Assembly (NCBI GenBank): GCA_951406725.2
Contig: OX597824.1
Location: 13,454,001 to 13,518,000, forward strand
Direction: 5' to 3'
DNA: 64,000 nucleotides
DNA from: Octopus vulgaris
Lineage: Eukaryota
Part shown: positions 24,045 to 38,741 of the stretch, piece after piece
How positions within the stretch are numbered: position 1 is the first letter of the stretch
How the letters are laid out: each line of letters starts with the position of its first letter
Notes under the pieces: generated by a model
The model's input: the letters and a program-made list of their open reading frames with translations, nothing else
Told to the model about the DNA's origin: nothing
Database searches by the model: none
Position numbers and translations under genes: made by a program

Positions 24045-25447
24045 GGATGATTGCGATGTTGATGATTATGAGAATGATAAAAGAAATCATTGTGATTATG
24101 ACGATATTGATAGGGTAATAACGGTTGTGATGACGTAAAAGGTAAAGACTGCATCATTGCGAATGCTTTCATGAAGATGTTGTTGTTGATGATGGTGATG
24201 ACGACGACTATGATAATGATAATGATGTTGATGATGATGATTCAGCATGGCCTTGGCAGCGATGACTAAAATTAAATAACTACGATGATGAGGATGATGA
24301 CGATGACGATAATGAGAGGAGGAGGAGAGGGAGAAGTAGCAGGAGGAACAGGAGGAGCAGGATGGGAAGCAAGATTGTGATAATGATGATAATGACGACG
24401 ATGTTGATGAGGGGGTGGAGTCGGAAATATCTGATGTTTGTTTAATGAGCTAGTTTAATTTAGTGAAGGAAGATGTGACCAATTTGATGACGATGATGAT
24501 GAAGATGATGATGGCGCTGGTATTGGTTTTGATAGTGGTGGTGTTGGCGGTGGTGGTGGTGCTGCTGCTGCTGCTGGAAATGTTGCTGGTGTCGTTGGTA
24601 CGCGATATACAGGCAACTGTGATGATGATGATGATGATGATGATGACGACGACAGGGGTTTGTGCTGGCAGAACTACATGTTGCCAATAGGGAGGTGAGA
24701 TTGGCAATAATGATTATGAAGTTGCAGCAACAGTTTTAATACATATCAGTGTTTTTTGGGTTTTTTTACCACTGATGATGATGAGCATGATGATGATGAT
24801 CGTGATGATGATGACGGTGCTGATGAAAATAATTAGAGTTTTGCGGCTGATGAAAGATAAGGGTGATGATGACGATGGAGCTGGTGATAAAGGTGATGAT
24901 CATAACGAGTATGATTAGAGAAACGAACTTAGATGATGAAGATTGTGGTTCCCATGGTGACAGTGATTGTTATAATGATGGTGATTACAACTATAATGGC
25001 GATGATAACGATGATGATGATGCTGATGTTGGCGGTGGTGGTATTGGTGATGGTGGTAGTGGTGGTGCTGGTGGTGCTGGTGATATAGGTGACACTGGCG
25101 ATGGTAATGGCGGAGGTGGTGGTAGTAGTGATAATGATGAGGAAGTGAGGAGGAGGAGGGGAGGAGGACAGATAACAAGATTGTTGATGATGATAATGAC
25201 GGTAATGAGACTGATGATGATGATAATAATGATCATCATGATGTGATGATGGTGATGATGATGATGAAGATGAAGACGAGGAAGATGATGATAATTATTA
25301 TGATTACGGAATGCTGTGATAATTGTGATGATGTTGATCAAGAAGAGGAAAGGGAGGAGAGGGAAAAGTAGGAGAGAGCGATGATGATGATGGTGATAAT
25401 GATAATAATAATAATAATAATGATAATAATAATAATAATAATAATAA

Positions 25448-25481
<34 letters not shown>

Positions 25482-25575
25482 TTAGGATATGCTGGCGCTT
25501 ATGGCGGTGATAATGCGTTTTGTGGTGATGGCGATGAGTTTGCTGTAGCTCTTGATGATGCCAATGGCGGTGATA
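24045..25575. repeat. ~1.5-kb degenerate (GAT)/(GGT)/(GAG)/(AAT) trinucleotide low-complexity tract
   Basis: Directly visible, with stops in all frames over its length. Confidence 0.85.
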
Positions 25576-25732
25576 TTTTATATTTACCCCCACCACAAAT
25601 CGATATAAAAGATGTACATTAATCATCTAACATCATATGAAAAGCCTTCAGGTTTTGCCTGCGTAAAGAATTTATAACTGGAAGCCAAAGCCAAACCCAC
25701 TTTATAATCTGAAGAATAAAATGCTTTGTGCG

Positions 25733-25734
<2 letters not shown>

Positions 25735-25780
<46 letters not shown>

Positions 25781-25929
25781 GATGTATATATATATGAAAA
25801 TATATATGTAGATATATATATATATATATATGTAGATGTATACATATATATATAAATATATATATAGATGTATATATATGTAGATGTATATATATATATA
25901 GATGTATATATATATAATATATATAGATG

Positions 25930-25964
<35 letters not shown>

Positions 25965-26095
25965 GTAGATGTATATATATATATAGATGTATATATATAT
26001 AAATATAGATGTATATATATATATGCAGATGCATATATATATATAAATATATATATAGATGTATATAAATATATATATATATGTATATATATGTA

Positions 26096-26127
<32 letters not shown>

Positions 26128-26146
26128 ATGTATATATATATATATG
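25735..26146. repeat. (TA)n array punctuated by GATG/GTAGATG units
   Basis: Directly visible. Confidence 0.9.
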
Positions 26147-26463
26147 TTATTCACTCATACACACAGCAAATTCATACGTATAAAGTGCATCTCAGTTTTC
26201 CCTCGAAGGTAAAAAAGAGGCTACCATCGTCATCATCATCAGCAGCAGTAGCTGTAGCATCATCATTGTAAACACGAACAACTACGACAACAACAGCAAA
26301 TAACAACAACATTTAACAATTACAAAATGTATATCCTGTAAATAGAATCCGTTATTATTTTTTTTTTTGTACTTTTTGCAAATTCAATTTTTGCGTTGTT
26401 TGCTTTGAAATAGATTTTTGTTTATTTACATATATATTTGTTTTGTATTACACACACACACAC

Positions 26464-26521
<58 letters not shown>

Positions 26522-26984
26522 AAATTCTGAAGCATTAATGGGTAGAAATAAGGTATAGAATTGTAGGTTTCGATGTAAGAAGCCAATTAGTGTATAATAT
26601 TGCTTAAGGCGGTACGCATTCCACGCAGCAACAGAAACGACAAACATTAGCAATGTTATAAATGCGGTTAAATTAAGGGAATATTGGAAATTTGTTTATT
26701 GGAATAACGTTCGGTTGACGAGTATTTTTGACAACAAAATTTATCAGCTGTTCTCTGATCAAATATTTAACATTATATTTAGATATTTACAGTATTAATT
26801 TACTTCAATTTCGTCTATTTTACCATGAGTCAACGAAGAATACATTTAAAAGGGGGGAATATATATGCTTCGGTGAATGAGTTAAATTAAAGTTTCTAGC
26901 TATAAAAGAATTTGCAGAATTATTATAGTTTCTAACAGTTATATACATCATATTAAAATAGTAGTTGTACACTCGCCTCAAGTG

Positions 26985-27390
26985 TTGCAGTGTTGGGGCT
27001 CCTGTTCCTTATGACCCTCAGAACTATGCTAATGTAGCGCAAGCTCTCAATAGGATCTCCCATACTGGTGAGAACAAAGAAGAGAGGCCTGACTTATAGG
27101 GACCACCTCTCTCCATAGGCCGGTTTATATGGGTTTGCATATGATCAACATCCCTACATAATAAAAAGCAAAGTTATAGAAGCATCGATGGGAATTTTAA
27201 GGCAACGGAACCTGAGCGTAAAAGGTGTTCCGTTAGCGAGGTAGGGTACTAAGACAGTTCTGAAAAAAAAAGCAGGGATTCAACTAGTGGGAGGTAGGTA
27301 GAAAAGACAGCTTAGGATCGAAAGCAATGGAGAAAAGTCGTAGAAGGCCTGTGTTCAAAACAATGCGAATGCATAAGTAAATAAGCAAGC
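26985..27390 (+). mobile_element. RTE-derived element (3' end clear; upstream part may be an RTE 5' UTR)
   Basis: The 3' part translates TA*DRKQWRKVVEGLCSKQCE, matching RTE A.DR..WR..V..LC, followed by a TAAG-like tail. The 5' boundary is approximate. Confidence 0.6.
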
Positions 27391-28775
27391 GTACCTATAT
27401 TAATATTTAGGTATTTAAGACAATAAATTTGTAATGTACTATAAAGCATTTAATTAGCTATCCTGACATTCTATCTGTCAGCGCTACTTTAAGATATATT
27501 GAGATATGCTATATTTTATGACTGTAGGTCTAGTAAAAACTGTAAGCCACTGGGCTCGGAACCTGATACTATTAACTATACTAATGGCATTTGGATGAAC
27601 TCCCAGTCTAAATAGAGTGATGTGGTTAACGAACGACCTGTGTGCACATGTGCAGACGAAAGTTATTCTGTGAAACGTAATGTAGTATTGGATCATGGAG
27701 TTTCTGGTTTAAATGCTTGTAACAAACTCAATATCGCTGAAGGCATTCGAGAAGCATGCGGTGATGAAAGTTTCGGTGTTAAGATTAGATTGATTCTATG
27801 TTAGAACCCCATAGGTGTCGATTATGTATTGGATTGCTCTGGTCGATAATACAACTACAGGTATACTTCTGCGGTTCTAGTAATTGATGCTTTATTTTTA
27901 CCTCATTAATTGGTTTTCATACCCAAGAAGAGCATGCTAAGAAGCAACATTAAACCAATACATAACAATAAATACTGTGGAACATTTATAGAGCTCCAGG
28001 CCAATTCAGCAGTTAGTTTCTTTCACTTTGCATACACTGCAGGTGCAATCGTAAAAACCTAAACGTGAAATTGTTCAATGACCTCACTAATTGCTGGCTG
28101 AAAAACAGAATAATATTTAAATAAATATAAATATTGGAAATCAAAGATTATTCAGTAATCTATCATCATGATATCTTCAGTTGAGAGAAAAGTTGTGCAT
28201 GCATTTTTGCCCCCATATCTCCACCATACAAGGTAATGTTTTTACATCCTATATTGGGTAGAGATATCTAACATCTGAATTTTTCATTTTTATGGAGCAC
28301 ATATTTCTCAGCAAGCTGAGCCAAAGAACCGATTTCAAGGTGTCTCCTTCGCAAGTAAAAATCTGGTTTAAGGTTTTGGGCGGCAGAATTGATATTGATT
28401 AAGATCCTTAAACTACTACTGAAAAAGGAATAGGAGAAAATTACCCCATCCGCCATAAGAAAACAAAAGAAGTTGGATATCCCTTGCGAAAAAATACGCA
28501 CCCAGGGCGGAATACCCGAAGCTTCTAATTAGCAGGTGATCGAAACAGATGGGAGTTAGTATCATGGAGTACCCTCATCCAACTTTGAAACTGTTTTTTT
28601 TTGTAATTATTTCTATTTTATAGTAATATACTTAACTACAGACACATGTGTTTGCGCGCGCTCACGTGTGTATGTGTATGTATATAATGTAGATTCCAGT
28701 GTGTTTAATAACGATTATTGTATGGCGATTTTTGTGTCGTGCGGATGAATCCGTGTGGTCAATGTTAAAAATGGC

Positions 28776-28821
<46 letters not shown>

Positions 28822-29170
28822 GAATGGTATGCAACAAAGGTATTATAGTAGGAATCGATGTCCTTGATACCAAGTCACGTCTAGTTTCCTTAGATCTCAA
28901 GGATTGAGTAAAACCATTGCTGTTCCTAATGGAACAGATTTCTGTATTAATTCACTTCTCGTACTTACTCTCTTATCATCAAACAAATCGTCAAGTCTTC
29001 GGGGAATGGTACCTGGAGCACCTGTGGCTACTGGGAATACTTTTGCAGAAATTCTCAACAGTCTTCGCATTTCTGTTACTAAGTTTTTGTATTTTCTTTT
29101 TGCCTTCTTGTTCTTTTACTTTAACATTCATATCAGCAGAAAAAGCGACATCTATGATTATTCTTGACTC
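28822..29170 (-). mobile_element. R4/Dong-clade LINE 3' end (restriction-like endonuclease C-terminus) inserted in (AAT)n
   Basis: Minus-strand translation IIIDVAFSADMNVKVKEQE/KYKNLVTEMRRLLRISAKVFPVATGAPGTIP...ELIQKSVPLGTAMVL, with one frameshift, matches the R4 RLE pattern IIDV..P.D.N...KE.EK..KY...P...G..G...QK.V.LGTA. (AAT)n lies on both sides. Confidence 0.82.
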
Positions 29171-29211
29171 AATTATTATTATTATTTGTTGTTGTTATTG
29201 TCATTATTATA

Positions 29212-29620
29212 GGCGTAGGAGTGGCTGCGTGGTAAGTAGCTTGCTTACGAACCACATGGTTCTGGATTCAGTTCCACTGCGTGAAACCTTGCGCAAGTGT
29301 CTTCTACTATAGCCTTGGGCTGACCAAAGCCCTGTGAGTGGACTTGGTAGATGGAAACTGAAAGAAGCCCATCGTATACATATATATATATGTATGTATG
29401 TGTGTGTATATGTTTGTGTGTCTGTGTTTGTCCCCCCAGCATCTCTTGACAACCGATGCTGGTGTGGTTACGTACCGGTAACTTAGTGGTTCGGCAAAAG
29501 AGACAGATAGAATAAGTACTAGGCTTGCAAAGAATAAGTCCTGGGGTCGATATGCTCGACTAAAGGCGGTGCTCCAGCATGGCCACAGTCAAATGACTGA
29601 AACAAGTAAGTAAACGAGTA
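29212..29620 (+). mobile_element. SINE family A, full-length
   Basis: Matches the 35102 copy. Confidence 0.9.
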
Positions 29621-31049
29621 TCTCTATCGTAATACTAGATATTGTTGTTTGACTAGCTTTTACGACATTCCTTGTAATAATACTCATTATTTCCTTCTCC
29701 TGTTTTCTTTCCTGTAAACTGCAGTCAGGTCTCATCCTCAATTGTATTAATGTAGTAAGACAGTTGATGTTCTAGTGAGTTGTCTAAACATATAATTCTA
29801 GATGAGTTGTGTAAACATGTATTCTAAACGAAAACACAATCGAGCCGAGTTTAATAACCGAAATAATTATTTCTAGGAACCATAATGTTGGTAACTTAAG
29901 TACTTATTTAGTTCCAATCCCTGCTTATTGACAGAATTAAGCTCATCTCATGAAGCTAACGAAAAAGCAGTTTGTTCTACAAAATCACATTATCAGAATA
30001 ATTGACAAAACACTCATTAGTAATATCGAACAACAATAAACTTGATTTGTCTCCGGTACCTATTAACAGATATATAGTTTGAGACGGTAAGTAACTAAGT
30101 GCAACTTGTGATAGGAAATGAAATATCGACTGTACAGTGAGTATGCCAGCTTGTCAACAACATAGCTATCTGCAGCTCTCTGTACATTGAAATGAAATTA
30201 AAATCATTATTTTTCAAATGAGTATATATAAATTCATGTTCAAAGTTTACATAGTGTTTCAAGTGTCGAAAGAAGGATATCATTTGATCAGTAAATATAA
30301 ATATACAGCATTTGATGTATGAGGAATGAAAAACGTTCTTGGAATCGTTTGATAAAATTTCCTGTTTGATGTTTTGATCAATATCGTTTGTATATTTCCT
30401 CTCTATTCATTTGCCATCTAGGAAAATGTTTTCCGTACCATTCTTTGCGAACGGTTTTGATTTTCAGTGGAATTTATTGGTTTCAGTTTTTGAATGTGAC
30501 CCATTAAATTTCAGAGTATATTCGTCGCTGTGTTGCCCTATTTAGGGCTGAAAAAATTCAATAGAACAACGACCTATTTTAATGGTGTTATATTTACACA
30601 TCTCAAATTTTCATCTGCTAATGAAACACATTACCAGTCTTCACAGTGTCCCTACTATTGATAGCTGTCAGTGGTTATTAATGCGTGGTATATACCACTT
30701 GGTAGACTACGCCATTTTCAGTCTTTTGCTTTCAAAAAGACAGAACTTCTCATCCTTCTCTCCAAACCGCTTTCTATAGGTGTCTCTACAAATCAACACA
30801 TTAAAAATGGAACGCTTTCGATAAAAAGTCCCTTCATCTCATTCTTTCTTTTTCTTTATTTCTCTCTCTCTCTTTTTCTCTGTTTTCCTTTTCACACATA
30901 CGTATGCACGCGCGCACACACACTCAGACGTGTCCTTTCCTTTTTCACACGCACACGCACACACACACACACACACATATATATACATACATACATATAT
31001 ATATGTATATATATATATATATATATATAAATATATATATACACACACA

Positions 31050-31084
<35 letters not shown>

Positions 31085-31096
31085 GCATATATATAT

Positions 31097-31133
<37 letters not shown>

Positions 31134-31224
31134 CACGCATATATATATATATATACACACATATATATATATCTATATATATATATATATACACATATAT
31201 ATATATATACACACACATACACAC

Positions 31225-31281
<57 letters not shown>

Positions 31282-31967
31282 AGATGAAAATGTCAGGTGC
31301 AATCAGTTAGCCAATTAAAACGCCTTTTGTAAACAGCATTAGAATGTTGAGAGGAAACCTCACAAAACATCACTCCCTTGCCGCGCAACCTATTTACTGT
31401 TACTGTGCGTGAATTCAAAAATAGCATAACGTTTTGCTTCTTTCTTCGCGGCCATCTTAACGAATACAGCTTTTTCATCATTATCTAATTTTTCAAAATT
31501 CTGAAACACAATTTACAAAAGCTTAACGTGCAACATGGTGTCCTTTTATCTAAATATATTCTAACTTATAACGAACATAATTATAGTGGGATTTTGATTA
31601 AATTTTCGTTATGCAATACACAAACGTTATATACCGCATGGGAAATCTGCAGCTATTGCGGTCCCTATAGGTTAGATTTCAAAACGGCACACTATATATT
31701 TGACAACATTATTCTGCATTATAGTATAGAATTATTTATATATTATGGTTTCTGTGAAAATTGCGCTTTAAAAGCAACTAGATTTATTCTCCATTCAAGC
31801 TGAAAGAACGCTGAACGTTGAGATTCCATTGAACATTAAAGTGCAATCACGCAGCCTCTGTATGTGTGTGTGCGTGTGTGTGTGTCTGTGTGTCTCTGTG
31901 TGTTTATAAACTATTTCTATTTTTATTGCCGCTCGTTTCCTCTCACTTACAATTAGGCATCCCATAC

Positions 31968-32250
31968 ACACCTCCGTCCACTCGTGACCGAGGAAGACCA
32001 TTGCTGACCTACAGGAACATTGTGCGCTCTAGGACTAACTTATATTTTGCATTTGCGGCTCCGTTGGTGGCTAATGAGCCCTGCTCTTGACAAGCATACA
32101 CGACTGCAAACATTGCAGAACAAGCTTTCCCCATTCACTAGACCAGCAGCACACTTAAGTTTTCCATGCCGAATACGTGCTCTCTCAAAAGTGTCGAACC
32201 CCTCCTTAAACTGTTTCCTCCAAATGATTCCTTCCGGTCTCTTCCATACA
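31968..32250 (-). mobile_element. RTE-clade LINE 3' end with C2H2-like finger
   Basis: WRKQFKEGFDTFE...FCNVCSRVCLSRAGLISHQRS is typical of RTE C-termini. The 3' UTR TGGTCTTCCTCGGTCAC recurs at ~39187-39230. Confidence 0.8.
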
Positions 32251-32549
32251 CACCTACACACCTACATACATACATATATACACATATATATTTATAGGTA
32301 TATACAGAATCTTATGCATACATTCGTGCAACTATGCGTAATAAGCATGGGTGCATATACATACAGACATACACACATACATACGTATGCCATTTAAATG
32401 AATCATATACACATGAGTAACAAAACAGTGTTTCTCACCTGAATGGTCTTGCACGTTGTATTAATCTATATCAAAGATGAGTGAGGTATTGCGAGAGATA
32501 CCTTAAAGTAACCAGTGTTCTATATTTGAACTACGAAAAGAAAAAATAT

Positions 32550-32845
32550 GCGGGTTCAATCCCATTGCGACCGAAGCCATGTGGATAGATTTGGTAGACG
32601 GAAATTGAAAGAAGCCCGTCGAAAATATTTGTGTGTGTGTGTGTGTGTCTGTGAATGTCCCACCACCATCGCTTGACAACCGATGTTGGAGTGTTTACGC
32701 CCCCGTAAATTAGCGGTTCGGCAAAAGAGACAGATAGAATAAGCACTAGGCTTACAATGAATAAGTCCTGGCGTCGATTCGTTCGACTAAAGGCGGTGCT
32801 GCAGCATGGACGCAGTCAAATGACTGAAACAAATAAAAGAATAAC
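32550..32845 (+). mobile_element. SINE family A, partly deleted
   Basis: Body and tail match the consensus. Confidence 0.8.
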
Positions 32846-33111
32846 AGAATAAACGAATGGTTTTCATCTTAGCTTAACCTAGAAAGAATTCTCTCCCTTT
32901 TAATGGTATAGCCTGAAGCAAATCACATGGTGAAGAAGCTTACTTCCCAACTACATGGTTCCGGGTTCAGTCTCACTGCGTTCCACATTCGGCATGTCTC
33001 TTCTACTATAGTTTCAAGCCGACCAAAGGCCTGAATGAGTGGGTTTAGCAAACAAGAACCGGTCTTGGTGTGTTTAAGTCCCTGTAACTTCGGTAAACGA
33101 AACCAATGGAA

Positions 33112-33909
<798 letters not shown>

Positions 33910-34258
33910 GGCTTGGACCACGTTCCATCCGTCCACAACAAAAATCTAAATCACATAACGACAATACGGCACAACTATTTCACCTTAATTGGACCTGCTC
34001 TCTTCAACATTACACCAGGACACGTCAAAAAAGAAACTGACCACACAAAATTCAAGAAGTCTTTGGACAAATTCCTTCTAACAGTACCGGACAAACCACC
34101 CACACCCGGATATGTCTCCGCAAACAATAACTCTCTGCTCGAATGGGCCTTGGTGCCCAAATCCTGAACTGAAAGACTTCGCCAGGTGCTGCTATTAAGT
34201 TAGACATGGCCTGGGCCAATACTGGCCAAAACCTTTCTAAGTTATTCTAAGTTAAGTT
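33910..34258 (+). mobile_element. CR1-group LINE 3' end (second family) inserted in a TA-rich array
   Basis: RHNYFTLIGPALFNITP...KFKKSLDKFLLTVPDKP..PGYVSANNNSLLEW, then a 3' UTR and a TTCTAAG-type tandem tail. The protein resembles that of the 12280 fragment. Confidence 0.85.
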
Positions 34259-34284
34259 ATATATATATGTATCTAGCTAGCTAT

Positions 34285-34349
<65 letters not shown>

Positions 34350-34934
34350 AGAGAAAGAGATGTGTGCGTGTATGTATACATACATAAATACATACATACG
34401 TACGTATGTATGTATATACGTAGATAGATTGATACGTAGGCAAGCAGACAGACACAAGTCATTCAATGTATGTCGAGAACACGTCTTGTGACATAAAGCA
34501 TTTATGTATTTTTGCTCTTTGGGTTTTTGTTATTGAATAATTACCGTAAGAGAAAATCTACAGAAAATGGCAAAATGACAACACCCAAAACTCTCAGCCT
34601 TTTCTGTTTCAATAGTTATATATAACAAATATGTCAAGGTTACACGTCTTAAAAGTTTATAGGCAAAAGTTGTGGACAACATAAATCACACGCTGTGGGT
34701 AGCTAAAATAAATAAAACAGAAATAAATAAGATCTTTGTTACTATTATTCAACAGTGAGTCAACCATTGGCGTTTATTTTACGATACAGAAAATAAAAAG
34801 ACTGATATTTTTCTCACCATAAAACGAATGTTGATTTTTAAATCTGCATGGTTTTAATCTTAAACTGATTTATGACTGAAATATTTTATGTCACCAGTAA
34901 ATATTAATCCATATTCTAATTTATTGTATTTCAG

Positions 34935-34965
34935 GCCAATCAACTCAAGGCAAAACAACTTGAAG
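34935..34965 (+). CDS. Candidate 31-nt internal micro-exon (ANQLKAKQLE in phase 0) of an unidentified host gene
   Basis: Branch-like TTCTAAT, acceptor TTGTATTTCAG|, donor AAG|GTAAG, open frame, and it lies in repeat-free sequence. No homology recognised. Confidence 0.55.
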
Positions 34966-35101
34966 GTAAGCTAAAATACAATTTTTTTTTACTGTGTTTA
35001 TTTTACGTACGTCAATAAAAGCATAACGCCATTACGTGAAAAAAACTATGTGTTGTTTCGAAAATTTCGTTTGAAATTTTAACGAAAAGTTTCATCAATA
35101 T

Positions 35102-35507
35102 GGCGCAGGAGTGGCTGTGTGGTAAGTAGCTTGTTTACCAACTACATGGTTCCAGGTTCAGTCCCACTGCGTGGCACCTTGGGCAAGTGTCTTCTACTAT
35201 AGCTTCGGGCCGGCCAAAGCCTTGTGAGTGGATTTGGTAGACGGAAAATGAAAGAAGCCCGTCGTATATATGTATATATATGCGTGTGTGTGTTTGTGTG
35301 TCTGTGTTTGTCCCCCTAGCATTGCTTGACAGCCGATGCTGGTGTGTTTATGTCCCCGTCACTTAGCGGTTCGGCAAAAGAGACCGATAGAATAAGTACT
35401 GGGCTTACAAAAGAATAAGTCCCGGGGTCGATTTGCTCGATTAAAGGCGGTGCTCCAGCATGGCCGCAATCAAATGACTGAAACAAGTAAAAGAGTAAAA
35501 AGAGTAA
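35102..35507 (+). mobile_element. SINE family A reference copy (tRNA-like head, CORE-like segment, internal TA/TG microsatellite, CR1-type tail)
   Basis: A box TGGCTGTGTGG, B box GGTTCAGTCCC, ACCTTGGGCAAGTG resembling the CORE domain, tail GGCGGTGCTCCAGCATGGCCGCA..TGACTGAAAC then (AAGAGTAA)n. About 20 copies or fragments occur in the window. Confidence 0.92.
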
Positions 35508-35924
35508 TATATATCCACATCGGCAATGTGGTAACTACGATATTTGCAGAATTGTTTTGCGCTCTCTAGTTATGGCCTTTGCTGTTCTGCTCTCAAATCT
35601 CACCAAATCTCACCCTGCTTTTTATCCTCTCCAGATCTATAAAATGATATATCTGTCAACTAGTGAGTTTGATAAAATCGACCATACCTCTAACCACGAA
35701 TCTGAAGCATTGTCCTTATTAAAAAAAAAGGTAAATATTATATTGGAGAGGTGACAAAACGGAATAAATACATTGTGGTACTTTGTGATTTTCCAGTGTT
35801 CAAAGCAACTTTACCCTTCATGTTTCAAAGGAGCTAAAATAAATATCAGTCATTTTCCCATTGGAATTGTAACAAGACACTACTGTCTTCCGTGAAAGAA
35901 AGGTATGGTATCATGATAATATTG

Positions 35925-36575
35925 TTTTGAAATGTTGGTATAACGCCTGCAAATTCGGGAGAAAGGTGTAAGTCGATGACATCGACCCCAGTGCTCAACT
36001 GGTACTTATTTTTATCGACGGCAAACGATGAAGAGCAAAGTCGATCTCGCAAAGCAAAGTCGGCCTCGACAGAATGTAAAGACGGGCAGAAACATTAGTA
36101 CGCCGGGCGAAATGTTTAACAGTATTTCGTCTGCCGCTACGTTCTGAGTTCAAATTCTGTCGAGTTCGACTTAGCTATTCATCCTTTCGGGATCGTTTAA
36201 ATAAGTACCATTTATGCACTGGGATCGATGAAATCAATTTAATCCCTTTGTCTGTCCTTGTTTGTCCCCTCTATGTTTAGCCCCTTGAGGGCAATAAAGA
36301 AATAAGAACATCAAGACGGGCATAATGCACTTTGCCCAGCCTGCCAAAGATTCTGCCAGCTCACCGCCTTCAGGCATTGTGGTTATATTGGTTTCTAATT
36401 TTGATATTGACCAACAGTATTGGGGGAGGAGTTAAATCGATGACATCGACCCTAGTGTTTAACTGGTACTTATTTTATCGATCCTGTAAAGTAAAGTAGA
36501 CTTTAGTGGAATTTGAACTCAGAACGTAAAAACAGACAAAATATATTTTGACCGGCGTGCTACCGATTCTTCAGG
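35925..36575. mobile_element. Cluster of SINE B: a B1 (+, ~36089-36304) nested in an older B2 (-), plus another B2 (-)
   Basis: Diverged 18-bp duplication AGAATGTAAAGACGGGCA (36071-36088) / AGAACATCAAGACGGGCA (36305-36322) around B1. Confidence 0.75.
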
Positions 36576-37061
36576 CGTAGTCATATCAGAAAATATTGTT
36601 GGTTCATGTTCTCAACTTCTAAGTTGAGATTCCGCTTCAAACTTTTTTAACTTATACTGTTGAGAAAGAAATGAACATCTCATTTTTTAGAAAAGAGATA
36701 TTTGCGTGCAGACGATAAGAATATTCTTCTTTTATTACGACTTTGCTATCTTATATCACATTGAACCACCATAAAAAGGCGGGTAGATACATTTGATAAT
36801 AGACTTTGAAATAAGCTATCTCTAAAATTCAAGAATGCTTTTGCTCAGAGGCCTACTCAAACATTGCTGCCTTGGGACCGAAAAACATCACCAAATTATG
36901 CTTATTCATCGGTTTGGGTAGGCAATGATCTTTCTATGGAAGATTAACTTATATAACTATAATATTTTCAAATGTGTAGAAGTAAATCTAAATGTAAACT
37001 TTCTTATAAATAAATAAATAAATAGCAATAAGATTTTAAAAAAATCTGTTATACAATTAGT

Positions 37062-37365
37062 GGAGGCACATGGCCTAGTGGTTAGAGCAGCAGACTCGCG
37101 GTCAAGGGATCGCGGGTTCAAATCTCAGACCAGGTGATGTGTGTGTTTATGAGCGAAACACCTAAGCTCCCCGCGGCTCCGGCAGAGGGTAATGGCGAAC
37201 TTCTGCTGACTCTTTCGCCACAACTTTCTATTACTCTTTCTTACTGCGTCTTGCAGCTCACCTGCGACAGACCGGCGTTTGGTCCAGGTGAGGAACCTAT
37301 ACGCCAAGGAAACCGGGAAATCGGCCCTTTATGAGCCAGGCGTGGCTCGATAAGGAACAAACAAA
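37062..37365 (+). mobile_element. SINE family C sister type (related head, different tail)
   Basis: Head GGAGGCACATGGCCTAGTGGTTAGAGCAGCAGACTCGCGGTC...GGTTCAAATCTC. It diverges from family C after ~37240, has an (AAAC)n tail, and has TSD TTATACAATTA at 37049-37059 and 37366-37376. Confidence 0.85.
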
Positions 37366-38741
37366 TTATACAATTATTTGTTCTTGCCTCGGCGGCGGGT
37401 AAATTAAGATTGAAATGATGCAGAAGAGATTATCGTTATTATTATAATCAAATTAATTGTTATTACAATCAGATTCGAGCTGGTAGAATCGTTGGCACGT
37501 CGAATAAAATGCGCAGCGGCATGTCTGCATTCTGTGTTCAAATCTCACCGAGCTCGTCTATGCCATTCATCCTTTCGTGGCCGATAAAATAAGAACCAGT
37601 TAAACACGAGCGATGTAATCGATAGAAATAAAATCACCTCCCAGAATTGCTCGTTTTGTACCAAAATTTGTAATCATTATAAGTTTTTACCTCAAGGGCA
37701 GATATACGAAAATTGAAACGCTACAGAGAATATTATTCTCGTTATTGTAACGAAGCGAGCAGAATCGTTAGCACACCATATTATATGCTTTTCGGCATTT
37801 CATCCGTTTGTACATTCTGGGTTCGAATCCCATAGAGGGCGCCTTTGCCTTTCATCCTTTCGGACACAACGAAATGAGTACCAGTTAAGTAATTACTTGC
37901 TCCCACCCCGAAAATTGCAGGATTTTTGCCTATAGTAGATAGGATTGTTATAATTAGATTTACGGAATAGTTAGATCGCGGGACTAAGATGCCATGAAGT
38001 ATTTTTTCCGGCTCTTCACTTTATAAGTTCAAATCTCACCTCGACCAGTATTGCTTTTCATGCTTTGCGGGTAGCCAAAAGTGCTTTAATTCCTTCAAAA
38101 TTTTAAACCTTGCGTCCTTGTCTTCTCTTACGGGTGACAGTTTCACAGAATCAAGAGAGCGTTTGACAAAATGTCTGGCATAAGATAGTTTTAGTTTCAT
38201 AATTGGGTATGAATTTCTTATTGTTTATAACACAAAGGATTCTGATTCGAATATCGAATTGACCTTCATTGTGTCATTTTTGAGGACGGATTGTGTGTCG
38301 ATGTGCCTTTATAATAGAGAGGAGCTATGATATTTGTTACTGCCAGAATTTTGTTTTGTTCATTACTTCATGAGGCATTGTGTTTCAAGATAAAATAAGA
38401 TAAAAATTAGACTGCTGTATATGCAATATGACACACACTAACATAGAAGGGGAGCGTGAAGATAGATTAGCGTGTCTCTGTGCATGTGAGTGTGTGTTTC
38501 TGTAAGGCAGCTGATAAAATAGCGACGGACAAGAATAGACATTGTAATCAGATTTAAGGAAAGGTCACGATAACATGTTGGGAAAGTGAAGATCAGACAG
38601 CGTGAAAGAGACAGGAAAAAAATCTACGACCTCTGATGTTGTACAAAAGCATAGATGACCTGTTTCTGCGGCAATGTATTCCTCTGAGCAAGTAGACGAG
38701 TCGGTCGATGATGCAACCCCACCGTACACGCCCATGCACAT

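Noticed and set aside
24863-25626. Gly/Asp-rich or Pro/His-rich structural protein
   Set aside because: Part of a degenerate trinucleotide tract with stops in all frames and no splice support.
27622-27804. Mariner HTH-like peptide (IAEGIREACGDES)
   Set aside because: The similarity is too short, and no TIR or catalytic motif was found.
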